Of a DNA stretch of 64,000 nucleotides, positions 21,778-31,491 are shown piece after piece. Position 1 is the first letter of the stretch. Each line of letters begins with the position of its first letter. The translations under genes and the position numbers were made by a program. Under the pieces are notes generated by a model that was not told the origin of the DNA, did not search any database, and worked only from the letters and a program-made list of their open reading frames with translations. The stretch is from Microbacterium sp. (GTDB lineage: Bacteria > Actinomycetota > Actinomycetes > Actinomycetales > Microbacteriaceae), in assembly GCF_011620715.1 (NCBI RefSeq), contig NZ_WOYP01000084.1:78673-142672 (forward strand), in the 5' to 3' direction.

Positions 21778-22605
21778 ATGGCAAACTTCACGATCGCCGA
21801 CATCAAGGCGCTGCGCGAGCAGCTCGGAACCGGCATGGTCGACACCAAGAAGGCACTCGAAGAGGCCGACGGCGACGTCGAGAAGGCCGTCGAGATCCTG
21901 CGCCTGAAGGGCGCTAAGGGCAATGCCAAGCGCGCTGACCGCTCCACCAGCGAGGGACTCGTGGTCGCACGAGAGGTGGGTGGCACGGTGACGCTGGTCG
22001 AGCTCGCGTGCGAGACCGACTTCGTCGCAAAGAACGACCGGTTCATCGCGCTGGCGGACAAGGTCGCGGATGCCGCAGCCGCAGCCTCGGCCGACTCGGT
22101 CGAGGTCGCCCTCGCCGCACCCGCCGGTGCCGGCACCGTCGAGACGCTGATCTCGGATGAAGCGGCCATCATCGGCGAGAAGGTCGAGCTGCGCCGCGTG
22201 CGCACGCTGTCCGGTGACAAGTTCGAGGTGTACCTGCACAAGACCAGCAAGGATCTGCCCCCGCAGGTCGGCGTGGTCCTGGCCTATACGGGCGATGACG
22301 CGGAGACCGCTCGCAGCATCGCGCAGCACATCTCCTTCGCCAACCCGACTTATCTTTCCCGCGACGAGGTCCCCGAGGCCGACGTCGAGAAGGAGCGCGA
22401 GATCGTCACTGAGATCTCCCGCCAGGAGGGCAAGCCCGAGGCCGCCCTTCCGAAGATCGTCGAGGGCCGCGTCGGCGCCTACTTCAAGCAGGTCTCGCTG
22501 CTGGACCAGGACTACGCGAAGGACAACAAGCAGTCCGTCGCGCAGGTCGCGAAGGCCGCCGGTCTGACCCTGACGGGTTTTGCCCGCTTCAAGGTCGGCG
22601 CGTAA
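21778..22605 (+). CDS. tsf: Elongation factor Ts
   Basis: IKALREQLGTGMVDTKKAL and ELACETDFVAKN. Confidence 0.97.
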   Translation: MANFTIADIKALREQLGTGMVDTKKALEEADGDVEKAVEILRLKGAKGNAKRADRSTSEGLVVAREVGGTVTLVELACETDFVAKNDRFIALADKVADAAAAASADSVEVALAAPAGAGTVETLISDEAAIIGEKVELRRVRTLSGDKFEVYLHKTSKDLPPQVGVVLAYTGDDAETARSIAQHISFANPTYLSRDEVPEADVEKEREIVTEISRQEGKPEAALPKIVEGRVGAYFKQVSLLDQDYAKDNKQSVAQVAKAAGLTLTGFARFKVGA

Positions 22606-22613
22606 CACGGTGG

Positions 22614-22647
22614 AAGGGCCCGCATCATCACGATGCGGGCCCTTTCT
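22614..22647 (+). terminator. Intrinsic terminator after tsf
   Basis: AAGGGCCCGCATC-atcac-GATGCGGGCCCTT stem followed by T/C. Confidence 0.75.
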
Positions 22648-22703
22648 GCTGTGCAGTTCCGGCCGCGCGCTCGGATAGTTTGTACTCGATGAGAGGATGA
22701 CAC

Positions 22704-23423
22704 GTGATCGATGAGGCGACCCGAACCCGGCGAGTCCTGCTGAAGCTCTCCGGAGAGGCGTTCGGCGGGGGGCAGCTGGGGGTCAACCCCGACGTCGTCA
22801 GTCAGATCGCCCGTGAGATCGCAGCCGCGGTCGACCGCGTCGAGATCGCCGTCGTCGTCGGCGGAGGCAACTTCTTCCGCGGTGCCGAGCTCAGTCAGCG
22901 CGGCATGGACCGCGGGCGGGCCGACTACATGGGCATGCTCGGAACCGTCATGAACGCGCTTGCGCTGCAGGACTTCCTCGAGCAGGCCGGCGCGGCGACC
23001 CGGGTTCAGTCCGCCATCTCGATGACGCAGGTCGCCGAGCCCTACATCCCGCGGCGCGCCGAACGCCACCTGGAGAAGGGCCGCGTCGTCATCTTCGGCG
23101 CCGGCGCAGGCCTTCCCTACTTCTCCACCGATACGGTCGCCGCCCAGCGGGCGCTGGAGATCGGCGCGTCCGAAGTGCTGGTCGCCAAGAACGGCGTGGA
23201 CGGCGTGTACACAGCCGACCCGCACAAGGATCCGACCGCGACGCTGATCGATCGCATCACCTACCTCGATGCGCTGCAGCGCGGGCTCAAGGTCGTCGAC
23301 TCGACCGCGTTCAGTCTCTGCATGGACAACCGGATGGACATGCGCGTGTTCGGCATGGAGCCGGCGGGCAACGTCACGCGTGCTCTGCTCGGCGAACGGA
23401 TCGGCACGCTCGTCACCGCCTGA
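22704..23423 (+). CDS. pyrH: UMP kinase
   Basis: [20 protein letters not shown] and PYFSTDT. Confidence 0.97.
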   Translation: MIDEATRTRRVLLKLSGEAFGGGQLGVNPDVVSQIAREIAAAVDRVEIAVVVGGGNFFRGAELSQRGMDRGRADYMGMLGTVMNALALQDFLEQAGAATRVQSAISMTQVAEPYIPRRAERHLEKGRVVIFGAGAGLPYFSTDTVAAQRALEIGASEVLVAKNGVDGVYTADPHKDPTATLIDRITYLDALQRGLKVVDSTAFSLCMDNRMDMRVFGMEPAGNVTRALLGERIGTLVTA

Positions 23424-23497
23424 CACCGCTGCATCACCGGTTCGCGCGGGTCATGGCCGTTAGACTGAAGGCTCTGGATCTACCGATGGGAGTCACT

Positions 23498-24052
23498 GTG
23501 ATCGCGGACGTCTTGGCCGAGGCCGGATCGCGCATGGACCGTGCGGTGGAGGGCGCCAAAGACGACTTCGCCACCGTGCGCACGGGACGCGCGAACCCGC
23601 AGCTCTTCCAGAAGATCTTGGTCGATTACTACGGCACCCCGACGCCGTTGGCCCAGCTGGCCTCGCTGAACAACCCCGAGGCCCGCACGCTGGTTGTCAC
23701 GCCGTACGACAAGTCCGCGCTCAAGGCGATCGAGCAGGCGATCCGCGACACGCCGAATCTCGGCGCCAACCCCACCAACGACGGCAGTCTCGTGCGCGTG
23801 ACGCTGCCCGAGCTGACCGAAGAGCGCCGCCGCGAGTTCGTCAAGATCGTCCGCGGCAAGGGCGAGGACGCGAAGGTGCACGTGCGTGGAATCCGTCGCA
23901 AGTCCAAGGACGACCTGGACAGCCTCAAGAACGACATCGGCGAAGACGAGCTGGCCCGTGCCGAGAAAGAACTCGATGCGCTGACGCGCGCCCACGTCGA
24001 CGCGATCGACGAGGCGCTCAAGCGCAAAGAGGCCGAACTGCTCGAGGTCTGA
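23498..24052 (+). CDS. frr: Ribosome recycling factor
   Basis: [17 protein letters not shown] and [13 protein letters not shown]. Confidence 0.97.
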   Translation: MIADVLAEAGSRMDRAVEGAKDDFATVRTGRANPQLFQKILVDYYGTPTPLAQLASLNNPEARTLVVTPYDKSALKAIEQAIRDTPNLGANPTNDGSLVRVTLPELTEERRREFVKIVRGKGEDAKVHVRGIRRKSKDDLDSLKNDIGEDELARAEKELDALTRAHVDAIDEALKRKEAELLEV

Positions 24053-24061
24053 GCCCCGCTG

Positions 24062-25105
24062 ATGACCGATGCATCCGGCGATCTCCCGGACAACGAGCCG
24101 CCGCCCGAACCGCCGCCGCCGCCGCGGGATGCTGCGGGCGCCCGCAGAGGCGGGAGCACGCCCGACCACACCACGGACTTCCAGACCCACGTGCGCTCCG
24201 CGCGCAACGAGTTCGAGAGCCAGGTCGCGCAGGCACGGGCCGAGTTCGAGGAAGCCAATGAGCGCATCAAGCAGCGCACCGGGCGTGACCTCATCGTGGC
24301 GACCCTGATCGGGCTCGCGATCGGCGCGGTGCTCATCGCCTCGCTCATCTTCCTCAAGTGGGCGTTCGTGCTGTTCGCCCTCGGGGCGGCGATGCTCGGC
24401 ATCTTCGAGTTCGGTCGTGCGCTCAAGGGCGCGGGCCGCAAGGTCGATCTGATCCCGCAGCTGGTCATCGGGGCGGGCCTGGTGCTCTCCGGCCTGACCG
24501 GACTCTGGCTGCACTGGGTGGCCGCCTTCGTCGCGGTCGCCCTGGTGATCGTGTGGCGCGTGATGGCGCAGATGTTCGCGAAGGACGGCAGGACATACAG
24601 CGCCGTGCTGGGCGATGTGCTCATCGCCGGGTTCATTCAGCTCTACGTGCCGTTTCTGGCCAGCCTGTGCCTGGTGCTGCTGCGACAGGAGGGCGGCGAA
24701 TGGTGGGTGCTGGCGTTCATCATCATGGCCGTCGCGTCCGACACCGGCGCCTATGCGGCGGGGCTCTCGTTCGGCAAGCACCCGATGGCGCCGCGGATCA
24801 GCCCCAAGAAGACCTGGGAGGGCTTTGCCGGTGCGGCGCTGGCCGCCCTGATCGCCGGGGTGCTGCTCTCGCTGTTCATGCTCGGACTCCCCTGGTGGAC
24901 GGGCCTGGTGATCGGCGCGGTGATCCTCGGAACAGCCACGGCAGGCGACCTCGGCGAGTCGATGATCAAGCGCGACCTCGGCATAAAGGACATGAGTTCA
25001 TGGCTACCCGGACACGGGGGAGTGCTCGACCGGCTTGACTCGATCCTGCCCTCCGTCGTCGGCGCTCTCGCCCTGTTCTACCTGTTCTCCCCGCTGACGG
25101 CATGA
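24062..25105 (+). CDS. cdsA: Phosphatidate cytidylyltransferase
   Basis: SDTGAY, ISPKKTWEG, GDLGESMIKR..GIKDM and PGHGGVLDRLDS. Confidence 0.95.
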   Translation: MTDASGDLPDNEPPPEPPPPPRDAAGARRGGSTPDHTTDFQTHVRSARNEFESQVAQARAEFEEANERIKQRTGRDLIVATLIGLAIGAVLIASLIFLKWAFVLFALGAAMLGIFEFGRALKGAGRKVDLIPQLVIGAGLVLSGLTGLWLHWVAAFVAVALVIVWRVMAQMFAKDGRTYSAVLGDVLIAGFIQLYVPFLASLCLVLLRQEGGEWWVLAFIIMAVASDTGAYAAGLSFGKHPMAPRISPKKTWEGFAGAALAALIAGVLLSLFMLGLPWWTGLVIGAVILGTATAGDLGESMIKRDLGIKDMSSWLPGHGGVLDRLDSILPSVVGALALFYLFSPLTA

Positions 25106-25665
25106 TGACGACCTCCGAGTCCCCGCCGATCACCTTCGCCGAGACCCGCGGCGCGGTGAAGGGCTATGACAAGCGCGCCGTCGACGCGTTCCTCGTGCGG
25201 GCCCGCGAGGCGTTCGAGACGGGTGCGGAGCCGATCACCGCGGCCGAGGTGCGGCAGGCGGCATTTCCGCTCGTGCGTCGCGGCTACGTGATCGCTGCGG
25301 TGGATGCGGCGCTCGGGCGTATCGAAGACGCCTTCGCAGCGCGCGAGCGCGAAGCGGCGGTCAGCAGTGAGGGGGCCCACGCGTGGGTCGGCCAGACTCG
25401 GGAGACGGCGCAGGTCGTCCTGGATCGGCTTTCGCGTCCGAAGGGCCGGCGGTTCACTCGCGTCGGGCCGCTTCGCTACGGTTACCGCATCGACGAAGTC
25501 GACCTCGTCGCCGACAAACTCGCGAAGTATCTCGAGACCGGCGACTCCGTGACCGTCGAACAGGTTCGGGCGGTCGCATTCCGGATGCAGCGCGGCGGAT
25601 ACCGCGAGGTGCAGGTGGATGCCGTGCTGGACGCGGTCATCGAGGTGATGCTGGCCGTCGCGTGA
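25102..25665 (+). CDS. DivIVA-domain repeat protein
   Basis: Four GYxxxxVDxxL-type repeats (GYDKRAVDAFL, GYVIAAVDAAL, GYRIDEVDLVA, GYREVQVDAVL). Confidence 0.85.
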   Translation: MMTTSESPPITFAETRGAVKGYDKRAVDAFLVRAREAFETGAEPITAAEVRQAAFPLVRRGYVIAAVDAALGRIEDAFAAREREAAVSSEGAHAWVGQTRETAQVVLDRLSRPKGRRFTRVGPLRYGYRIDEVDLVADKLAKYLETGDSVTVEQVRAVAFRMQRGGYREVQVDAVLDAVIEVMLAVA

Positions 25666-25722
25666 GGCAGGCCGCGGCCGCAGATGGCACCGTCGAGGAC
25701 GGCCGGGTAGACTCGTGGAACT

Positions 25723-26487
25723 GTGACCTCCGGAAACGAGATGCTTCGCGCGCGACGGACGCCCCGTCAGGATGTGGCGAACCTTGGCGCGAGCGGCCTA
25801 GACGCGGGTGGCCCTGTCTCGAATCGCGGCGGTGGCCCATCTCGGCCGGCGGCACCCGCACAGCGCTGGTCACGCCGCCGCGGAGTGCTCGGGGTGTTCG
25901 CGGCCTTCGCAGCGATCGGATTCGTCGCAGCGTACATCGGTCCCACCGGCGTGGCCCTGTCTGAAGCCAACGCCGAGGAGCGCCCACCGATCACCCTCTA
26001 CTCGAGCACGCTCGGCGACGCGCAGAACCTGCGGGTCGAACAAGCCGCCGCGGCCGCCGTCGACCTCGATCGCGGCGGATACACGGTGTACGTCACACCC
26101 AAGCCCACGCCGACGCCGGAGCCGGTGGCGATTGAGCCCTCGTCGTCGTCCTCGAGCTGGTCGCCGCCCTTCGTGACGCCCGACCCGGGCACGGCTCAGG
26201 CCATCGCCTATGACATGGTGCGCGCGCGCGGCTGGGGAGACGATCAGTTCGCGTGTCTCGTGGCGCTGTGGAACAAGGAGTCCGGTTGGAGGGTGAACGC
26301 CTACAACGCCGGCAGCGGTGCATACGGAATTCCGCAGGCGCTGCCCGGCAGCAAGATGGGCAGCGTGGCACCCGACTGGGAGACCAACGCGGCGACGCAG
26401 ATCACCTGGGGCCTGAACTACATCGGTGGCCGCTACGGCGACCCCTGCGGCGCGTGGGGGCACTCCGAGTCGGCAGGCTGGTACTGA
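25723..26487 (+). CDS. Membrane-anchored lytic transglycosylase-domain protein
   Basis: N-terminal TM, PTPTP linker, then LWNKESGWR, AYGIPQALPG and QITWGLNYIGGRYG. Confidence 0.88.
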   Translation: MTSGNEMLRARRTPRQDVANLGASGLDAGGPVSNRGGGPSRPAAPAQRWSRRRGVLGVFAAFAAIGFVAAYIGPTGVALSEANAEERPPITLYSSTLGDAQNLRVEQAAAAAVDLDRGGYTVYVTPKPTPTPEPVAIEPSSSSSSWSPPFVTPDPGTAQAIAYDMVRARGWGDDQFACLVALWNKESGWRVNAYNAGSGAYGIPQALPGSKMGSVAPDWETNAATQITWGLNYIGGRYGDPCGAWGHSESAGWY

Positions 26488-26491
26488 TCCC

Positions 26492-26776
26492 ATGCCGCGG
26501 TCGAACCGTCGACGCTCCGAGGAGCCCGGCGACGAGGCGCTCGATCGGCTCCTCACCGGGTGGAAGCGCACCGAGTCTCGTCGCGGTGTCACATGGGTGG
26601 TGCAGCCCGTATCGGCGGTGCAGGCGGTCAAGGCCTACGTATGCCCGGGTTGCGGACGTGCGGTGGCCCCCGGTGTCGCCCACCTCGTGGTGTGGCGCGC
26701 GGACGGCGTGCTGGGCGACCAGGCTGACCTATCGGGTCGGCGTCATTGGCATTCGCACTGCTGGAGGATCGCCTGA
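26492..26776 (+). CDS. Small conserved actinobacterial protein with putative Zn-binding motif
   Basis: YVCPGC...RRHWHSHCW (C2-H-C pattern). Confidence 0.75.
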   Translation: MPRSNRRRSEEPGDEALDRLLTGWKRTESRRGVTWVVQPVSAVQAVKAYVCPGCGRAVAPGVAHLVVWRADGVLGDQADLSGRRHWHSHCWRIA

Positions 26777-26777
26777 C

Positions 26778-27611
26778 ATGGACATCCGAGGAGCCGTGCT
26801 GCTTCCCGCCCGGCGTGAGGAGATCGAGCTGCGCACGATCGACGAGCTCACCCTCGTCGGCGAGCTCGCGCTGCCCCTGAACCGCGAGCCGGTCGCGACG
26901 CTCGTGACGCTGCATCCGCTGCCGACCGCCGGGGGATTCATGGACTCGCACATCCTGCGCAAGTCCGCGGCACGGCTGCCGGCCCTCGCCGACCTCGCGA
27001 TCCTGCGGTTCAACACCCGCGGCACGACGTCGCCGCGGGGCACCAGCGAGGGCGCCTTCGACGCCGGGGGCGCCGAAGCGTTCGATCTGGCCGCGGCTAT
27101 GGACTTCGTCCGTGAGCGGGGGCTGCCGCGTCCCTGGCTGGTGGGCTGGTCCTTCGGTACGGAGGTGGCGCTGAAGTACGGTCGCGACCACGACATCGAG
27201 GGCGTCATCCTGCTCTCGCCTCCGCTGCATCGCACGACACCGGACGAAGTGGCGGCGTGGGCGGACGGCTCGAGGAGGGTCGTCGTCGTCGTGCCGGAGT
27301 TCGACGATTACCTGCGCCCGGATGCCGCCGCAGAGCGCTTCGCCAGCGTTCCGGATGCCGTCATGATCGCGGTCGAGGGGGGCAGGCACCTGTGGGTCGG
27401 CGAGACCCAGACGCGCCGCGTGCTGACGGAGATCGTGGCGGCCGTCAATCCCGACGCACTGCCGCTGCCGACCGAATGGGACGGTCCGCTCGGCGAAGGG
27501 CCGCAGCCGGTCTCAGCGCTCGTTCTGCCGGGGGATGATGACCTGGCGGTAGATGATGAGGATGCTCGCGGCCACCGGGATCGCGATGAGCGCGCCGAGG
27601 AGCCCGAGTAG
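26778..27611 (+). CDS. Alpha/beta hydrolase
   Basis: HPLPTAGGFMDSH, GWSFG nucleophile elbow, EFDDY and GRHLWVG. The C-terminal 33 codons overlap the opposite-strand gene. Confidence 0.85.
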   Translation: MDIRGAVLLPARREEIELRTIDELTLVGELALPLNREPVATLVTLHPLPTAGGFMDSHILRKSAARLPALADLAILRFNTRGTTSPRGTSEGAFDAGGAEAFDLAAAMDFVRERGLPRPWLVGWSFGTEVALKYGRDHDIEGVILLSPPLHRTTPDEVAAWADGSRRVVVVVPEFDDYLRPDAAAERFASVPDAVMIAVEGGRHLWVGETQTRRVLTEIVAAVNPDALPLPTEWDGPLGEGPQPVSALVLPGDDDLAVDDEDARGHRDRDERAEEPE

Positions 27612-28559
27612 CGAGCCTCCGGCCAGAGCCGCGATGACCACGACCGCACCAGGCACCGACACCGCGCGGTTCATGACGCGCGGCGAGATGACGTACGCCT
27701 CGATCTGCATGTACACGAGGTAGTAGATCCCGGCGATGAGAGCGGTCGTCGGTGAGCCGAGTCCGAGGCAGGTGAGCACGATGATCGCCGATCCGGTCAG
27801 AGTGCCGACGAGCGGGATCAGAGAGAAGAAGAAGGCCACGACCGCAAGGACGGCGGGAAACGGTGCGCCGATGATCGACAGGAAGATCGCGCTGAGCACG
27901 CCGTTGATGACGCCCATCGTCACCTGCCCCATGACGAAGTAGCCGACGGACTTCGTGATCTGCTCGGCGATGTCGATGAAACGGGCGCGCTTGGATGCAG
28001 GCACCAGCTGGTAGATGGCGGCCTTGAGGTTGGGCGTGGAGGCCGTGAAGTAGATCGTGAGGATCAGGACGATGAACGCGCCGGCCAGGCCCGCGAGCAC
28101 CGATGCGCCGACCGCCAGCACGCCCTGGCCGATGGACGCGTAGTCGAGGTTCGAGACCCAGTCCTCGACGAAGGCGAAAACGTCATTGACGTTCAGGTTC
28201 GGGAAGACGCCGCCCAGCCATGTCTTGAAGTCATCGAGCGTCGTGCCGCTCTCGATGGCCTTCGTGATGGCTTCGATGAGCTGGCTGATCTGACTCGCGA
28301 TGATCGGCACCAGCATGAGCACGATGCCGGCGAACGCGGCGAGCACGCCGAGGATCGTGATGAGCACCGCGGCCCAGCGCGGCAGCTTGCGCCGCTCGAG
28401 GAACGAGATCGCCGGCTCCAGACCGAGGCTCAGGAACAACGCCGTGCCCACGTACAGCAGGATCGTGGAGAGTGTCTGAACGCTGCCGATCAGCAGCATC
28501 CCCACGCCGACGCCCAGGGTTGCGACGAGGGCGACGCGGAAGGGGTTGTGCACCTTCAC
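27513..28559 (-). CDS. AI-2E (PerM) family transporter
   Basis: About 8 TM, LIPLVG, QIEAYVISPRVM and GALIAIPVAA. GTG start follows AGGAG. Confidence 0.88.
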   Translation of the reverse strand: MKVHNPFRVALVATLGVGVGMLLIGSVQTLSTILLYVGTALFLSLGLEPAISFLERRKLPRWAAVLITILGVLAAFAGIVLMLVPIIASQISQLIEAITKAIESGTTLDDFKTWLGGVFPNLNVNDVFAFVEDWVSNLDYASIGQGVLAVGASVLAGLAGAFIVLILTIYFTASTPNLKAAIYQLVPASKRARFIDIAEQITKSVGYFVMGQVTMGVINGVLSAIFLSIIGAPFPAVLAVVAFFFSLIPLVGTLTGSAIIVLTCLGLGSPTTALIAGIYYLVYMQIEAYVISPRVMNRAVSVPGAVVVIAALAGGSLLGLLGALIAIPVAASILIIYRQVIIPRQNER

Positions 28560-28734
28560 GGTGACTCCTGACTGTGCTGACGGGACGGGCATTGCTGTCA
28601 GGTCAGGATATGCACAGGTCCCGCCCAGTGCCGGGATTGGCGCCTCCCGGGCGACGTTCAGGTCTCTTTCGCTAGTCTGAAATGTCGAGTCGACGGCCCG
28701 CCGCATCCCCTCGCGGGCCCAGGAGAGGTGTTTC

Positions 28735-30543
28735 GTGCGTTTCGTGTGGGCCGTGGCGGCATTCGTGCTCGCCGCCGTGATGATCGGCGCAGGCATCGCC
28801 CAGCGCACCGTCTTCCAGGGTCCGACGTCCGAGACGGTCGACCTCTCGGTGTCCGAAGAGGCCCCGTACCTGCTGATCGACGGTGCCGTTCTGAATCAGC
28901 TTCCCGGTGCGCAGACGCTGCGCGCTCAGGGCGAAGGCGAGCTCTTCGCCGCATACGGCCGCACGGCCGACCTCAAGGCGTGGCTGGCCGACACGACATA
29001 CAGCGAAGTCTCGCTGAGCCGCTCCGGGAAGGTCGTCACAGATGCCGTCGCTCCGACGGCGGCGCCCGAACCCGCGGCGAGCGGCGCACCGGACGAGGAG
29101 GCTGCGCGGGCGCACAGCCCGATCGGCTCCGATCTGTGGCTCGACGAGTTCCAGCAGGAAGACCTCCTGATCGCGCAGCTGCAGCTGCCCGAGGAGATGA
29201 GCGTGCTCGTCGCGACTGACGGCAGCGCGGCGGCTCCCTCCGATGTCAGCGTTTCCTGGCCGACCGCTGGCGCGACGCCGTGGGCGGGTCCGCTCATCGT
29301 CGCCGGCGGCATCCTCATGGCGGTCGGGGTGTTCCTCTACATCCTCGGCATCCGCCATGCGCGTCGGTCCCGCGGCCCCCGTCGCAAGGGACTGCCGCTG
29401 CCGGTCACCGAGCCGATCGATCTTGCCGTCGAAGGCGCCGACAAGGGTGTCATCAGCTCCGGCACTCCGACCCGCCGCTCGGTCACCGCCGGTAAGCGCA
29501 GGTTCGTCGTGATCCCCGCCGTCGCCGTCTCGGCGCTGCTGTTCGCCGGATGCTCGTCGGACTCGTGGCCACAGCTGGCCGGCAGCCCGACGCCCAGCCC
29601 GAGCGAGTCGGTGATCGTGCCCGAGGGCCAGCAGGCTCCGGCGGTCACGAAGGCGCAGGCCGAGCGAATCATCGCCCGGATCGCCTCCGCGACCGCAGCC
29701 GCGGACGAGACCATGGATGCGACGCTCGCCGCGACCCGCCTGGAGGGCGCGGTGCTCGCTGAGCGCACGACGAATTACACGCTTCGCGGTGCGCTGACGG
29801 ACTACCCCCCGCCGGCCGCCATCCCGACCAAGCCGCTCAAGATCGTGCTGCCGCAGGCGTATGACGGCTGGCCGCGTTCGGTCATGGCCGTGGTCAACGA
29901 CGAAGCCGACAAGACCGCGAGCATCATGCTGGCCACGCAGGAAGACGCGTGGTCGCCCTACAAGCTCACCTACCTCTCGAGCCTCGAAGCGGCCACCCAG
30001 ATGCCCGACCTCGCCCCGGTGTACGTCGGCGCGCAGCAGGTGCCGCCGGATTCCTCGTTCCTGGTGATGGCGCCCGACCAGCTCGCCGCCGCATACGCCG
30101 ACGTGATCAACAAGGGCGAGGACAGCGAGCTCTACGATCAGTTCGAGGCCGAGGGCGATCAGTTCCGTGCGAGCGTGGCCGCGGACCGTGAGAAGCGGCT
30201 TGCGGACTTCAACACCACGGCGGCATCCACCGGCAGCCTCTCGTTCGACACGATGGCAGGGACGCACCCGCCTCTGGCCCTTGCGACCCTCGAGAGTGGC
30301 GCGATCGTCGCGGTGAACGTCAACGAGGTCGACACGGTCAAGCCGACCAACGCCGACGCGGTGATCAAGCTCGACACCAACCCGACGGTGAAGACCCTGG
30401 CGGGAGCCGAGCAGTCCGCCACCGGCTTCACGACGACCTTCAGCGATCAGCTGTTCTTCTACGTGCCCGGCCTCGGATCTACGGAGAAGATCCGCCTGCT
30501 GGGGTACGCTTCCGAGATCCTCGATGCAAAGGTGATCAATTGA
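28735..30543 (+). CDS. Large membrane-anchored/secreted protein of unknown function with an internal lipobox
   Basis: N-terminal hydrophobic helix, a second TM near aa 185-205, and a third hydrophobic segment ending LFAG-C at aa 273. Confidence 0.8.
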   Translation: MRFVWAVAAFVLAAVMIGAGIAQRTVFQGPTSETVDLSVSEEAPYLLIDGAVLNQLPGAQTLRAQGEGELFAAYGRTADLKAWLADTTYSEVSLSRSGKVVTDAVAPTAAPEPAASGAPDEEAARAHSPIGSDLWLDEFQQEDLLIAQLQLPEEMSVLVATDGSAAAPSDVSVSWPTAGATPWAGPLIVAGGILMAVGVFLYILGIRHARRSRGPRRKGLPLPVTEPIDLAVEGADKGVISSGTPTRRSVTAGKRRFVVIPAVAVSALLFAGCSSDSWPQLAGSPTPSPSESVIVPEGQQAPAVTKAQAERIIARIASATAAADETMDATLAATRLEGAVLAERTTNYTLRGALTDYPPPAAIPTKPLKIVLPQAYDGWPRSVMAVVNDEADKTASIMLATQEDAWSPYKLTYLSSLEAATQMPDLAPVYVGAQQVPPDSSFLVMAPDQLAAAYADVINKGEDSELYDQFEAEGDQFRASVAADREKRLADFNTTAASTGSLSFDTMAGTHPPLALATLESGAIVAVNVNEVDTVKPTNADAVIKLDTNPTVKTLAGAEQSATGFTTTFSDQLFFYVPGLGSTEKIRLLGYASEILDAKVIN

Positions 30544-31469
30544 CGGACATCCCTCCCGGTGCGCCCCTGCGCGGCGCCGTCGACCTGTCAGCGCTTCGCA
30601 ATCGCCCCGCTGCGAGCGAGGCGACGGCCGTCGCGCCGACGTCTGCTCCCTCGCTGGTGATGGATGTCACCGACGAGACGTTCCCGCAGGTGCTCGAGCT
30701 GTCCCGCTCGGTCCCTGTGGTCATCGATCTGTGGGCGGAGTGGTGCGGTCCGTGTAAGCAGCTGAGCCCCATCCTCGAGCGCGTCGTCCTCGAACTGGGC
30801 GGTCGCCTGTTGCTGGCGAAGGTCGACGTCGACGCCAATCCGCAGCTGTCGCAGGCCTTCCGCGCGCAGTCGATCCCGCTCGTGGTCGCGCTCGTGGGCG
30901 GTCAGCCCGTGCCGCTGTTCACCGGCGCGGTGCCTGAACAGCAGGTGCGCGAGGTGTTCGCGCAGCTTCTGCAGCTCGCCGCACAGAACGGTGTGACCGG
31001 TTCGATCGATCTCTCCGGCGAAGAGGGTGCGGATGCCGAGCCCGTCGAGCCGGCGCTGCCGCCATTGCACGCCGAGGCGTTCGACGCGATCGAAGCGGGT
31101 GATTACGTACGTGCGATCGCGGCCTACCAGAAGGCGCTTGCAGAGAACCCCCGCGACGAAGACGCGCGCGCCGGCCTCGGACAGGTGAAGCTCCTGGACC
31201 GCGTCCAGGGCCTGGACTCTCAGAATGCGCGGGCTGCGGCTGCGGCCGCACCGCTGGAGGTCGACGCGCAACTGGCCGTCGCAGACCTCGATCTTGCAGG
31301 CGGGCACGTTGACGACGCCTTCAGCCGCCTGCTGGATCTGTTCGCCGCACTCCCCTCGGACGAGCGTGCCCCCGTCCGGGAGCGGCTCCTCGAGCAGTTC
31401 GCGCTCATCGGCGATGCCGATCCGCGCGTGTTGCGCGCGCGCGGCCGGCTCGCCTCGCTGCTGTTCTAG
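30540..31469 (+). CDS. Thioredoxin-TPR co-chaperone (YbbN/CnoX family)
   Basis: LWAEWCGPCKQL thioredoxin motif plus a helical TPR C-terminus ending LASLLF. TTG start overlaps the upstream stop. Confidence 0.9.
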   Translation: MTDIPPGAPLRGAVDLSALRNRPAASEATAVAPTSAPSLVMDVTDETFPQVLELSRSVPVVIDLWAEWCGPCKQLSPILERVVLELGGRLLLAKVDVDANPQLSQAFRAQSIPLVVALVGGQPVPLFTGAVPEQQVREVFAQLLQLAAQNGVTGSIDLSGEEGADAEPVEPALPPLHAEAFDAIEAGDYVRAIAAYQKALAENPRDEDARAGLGQVKLLDRVQGLDSQNARAAAAAAPLEVDAQLAVADLDLAGGHVDDAFSRLLDLFAALPSDERAPVRERLLEQFALIGDADPRVLRARGRLASLLF

Positions 31470-31491
31470 TCGCCTCTTATCGGCGTCACCC

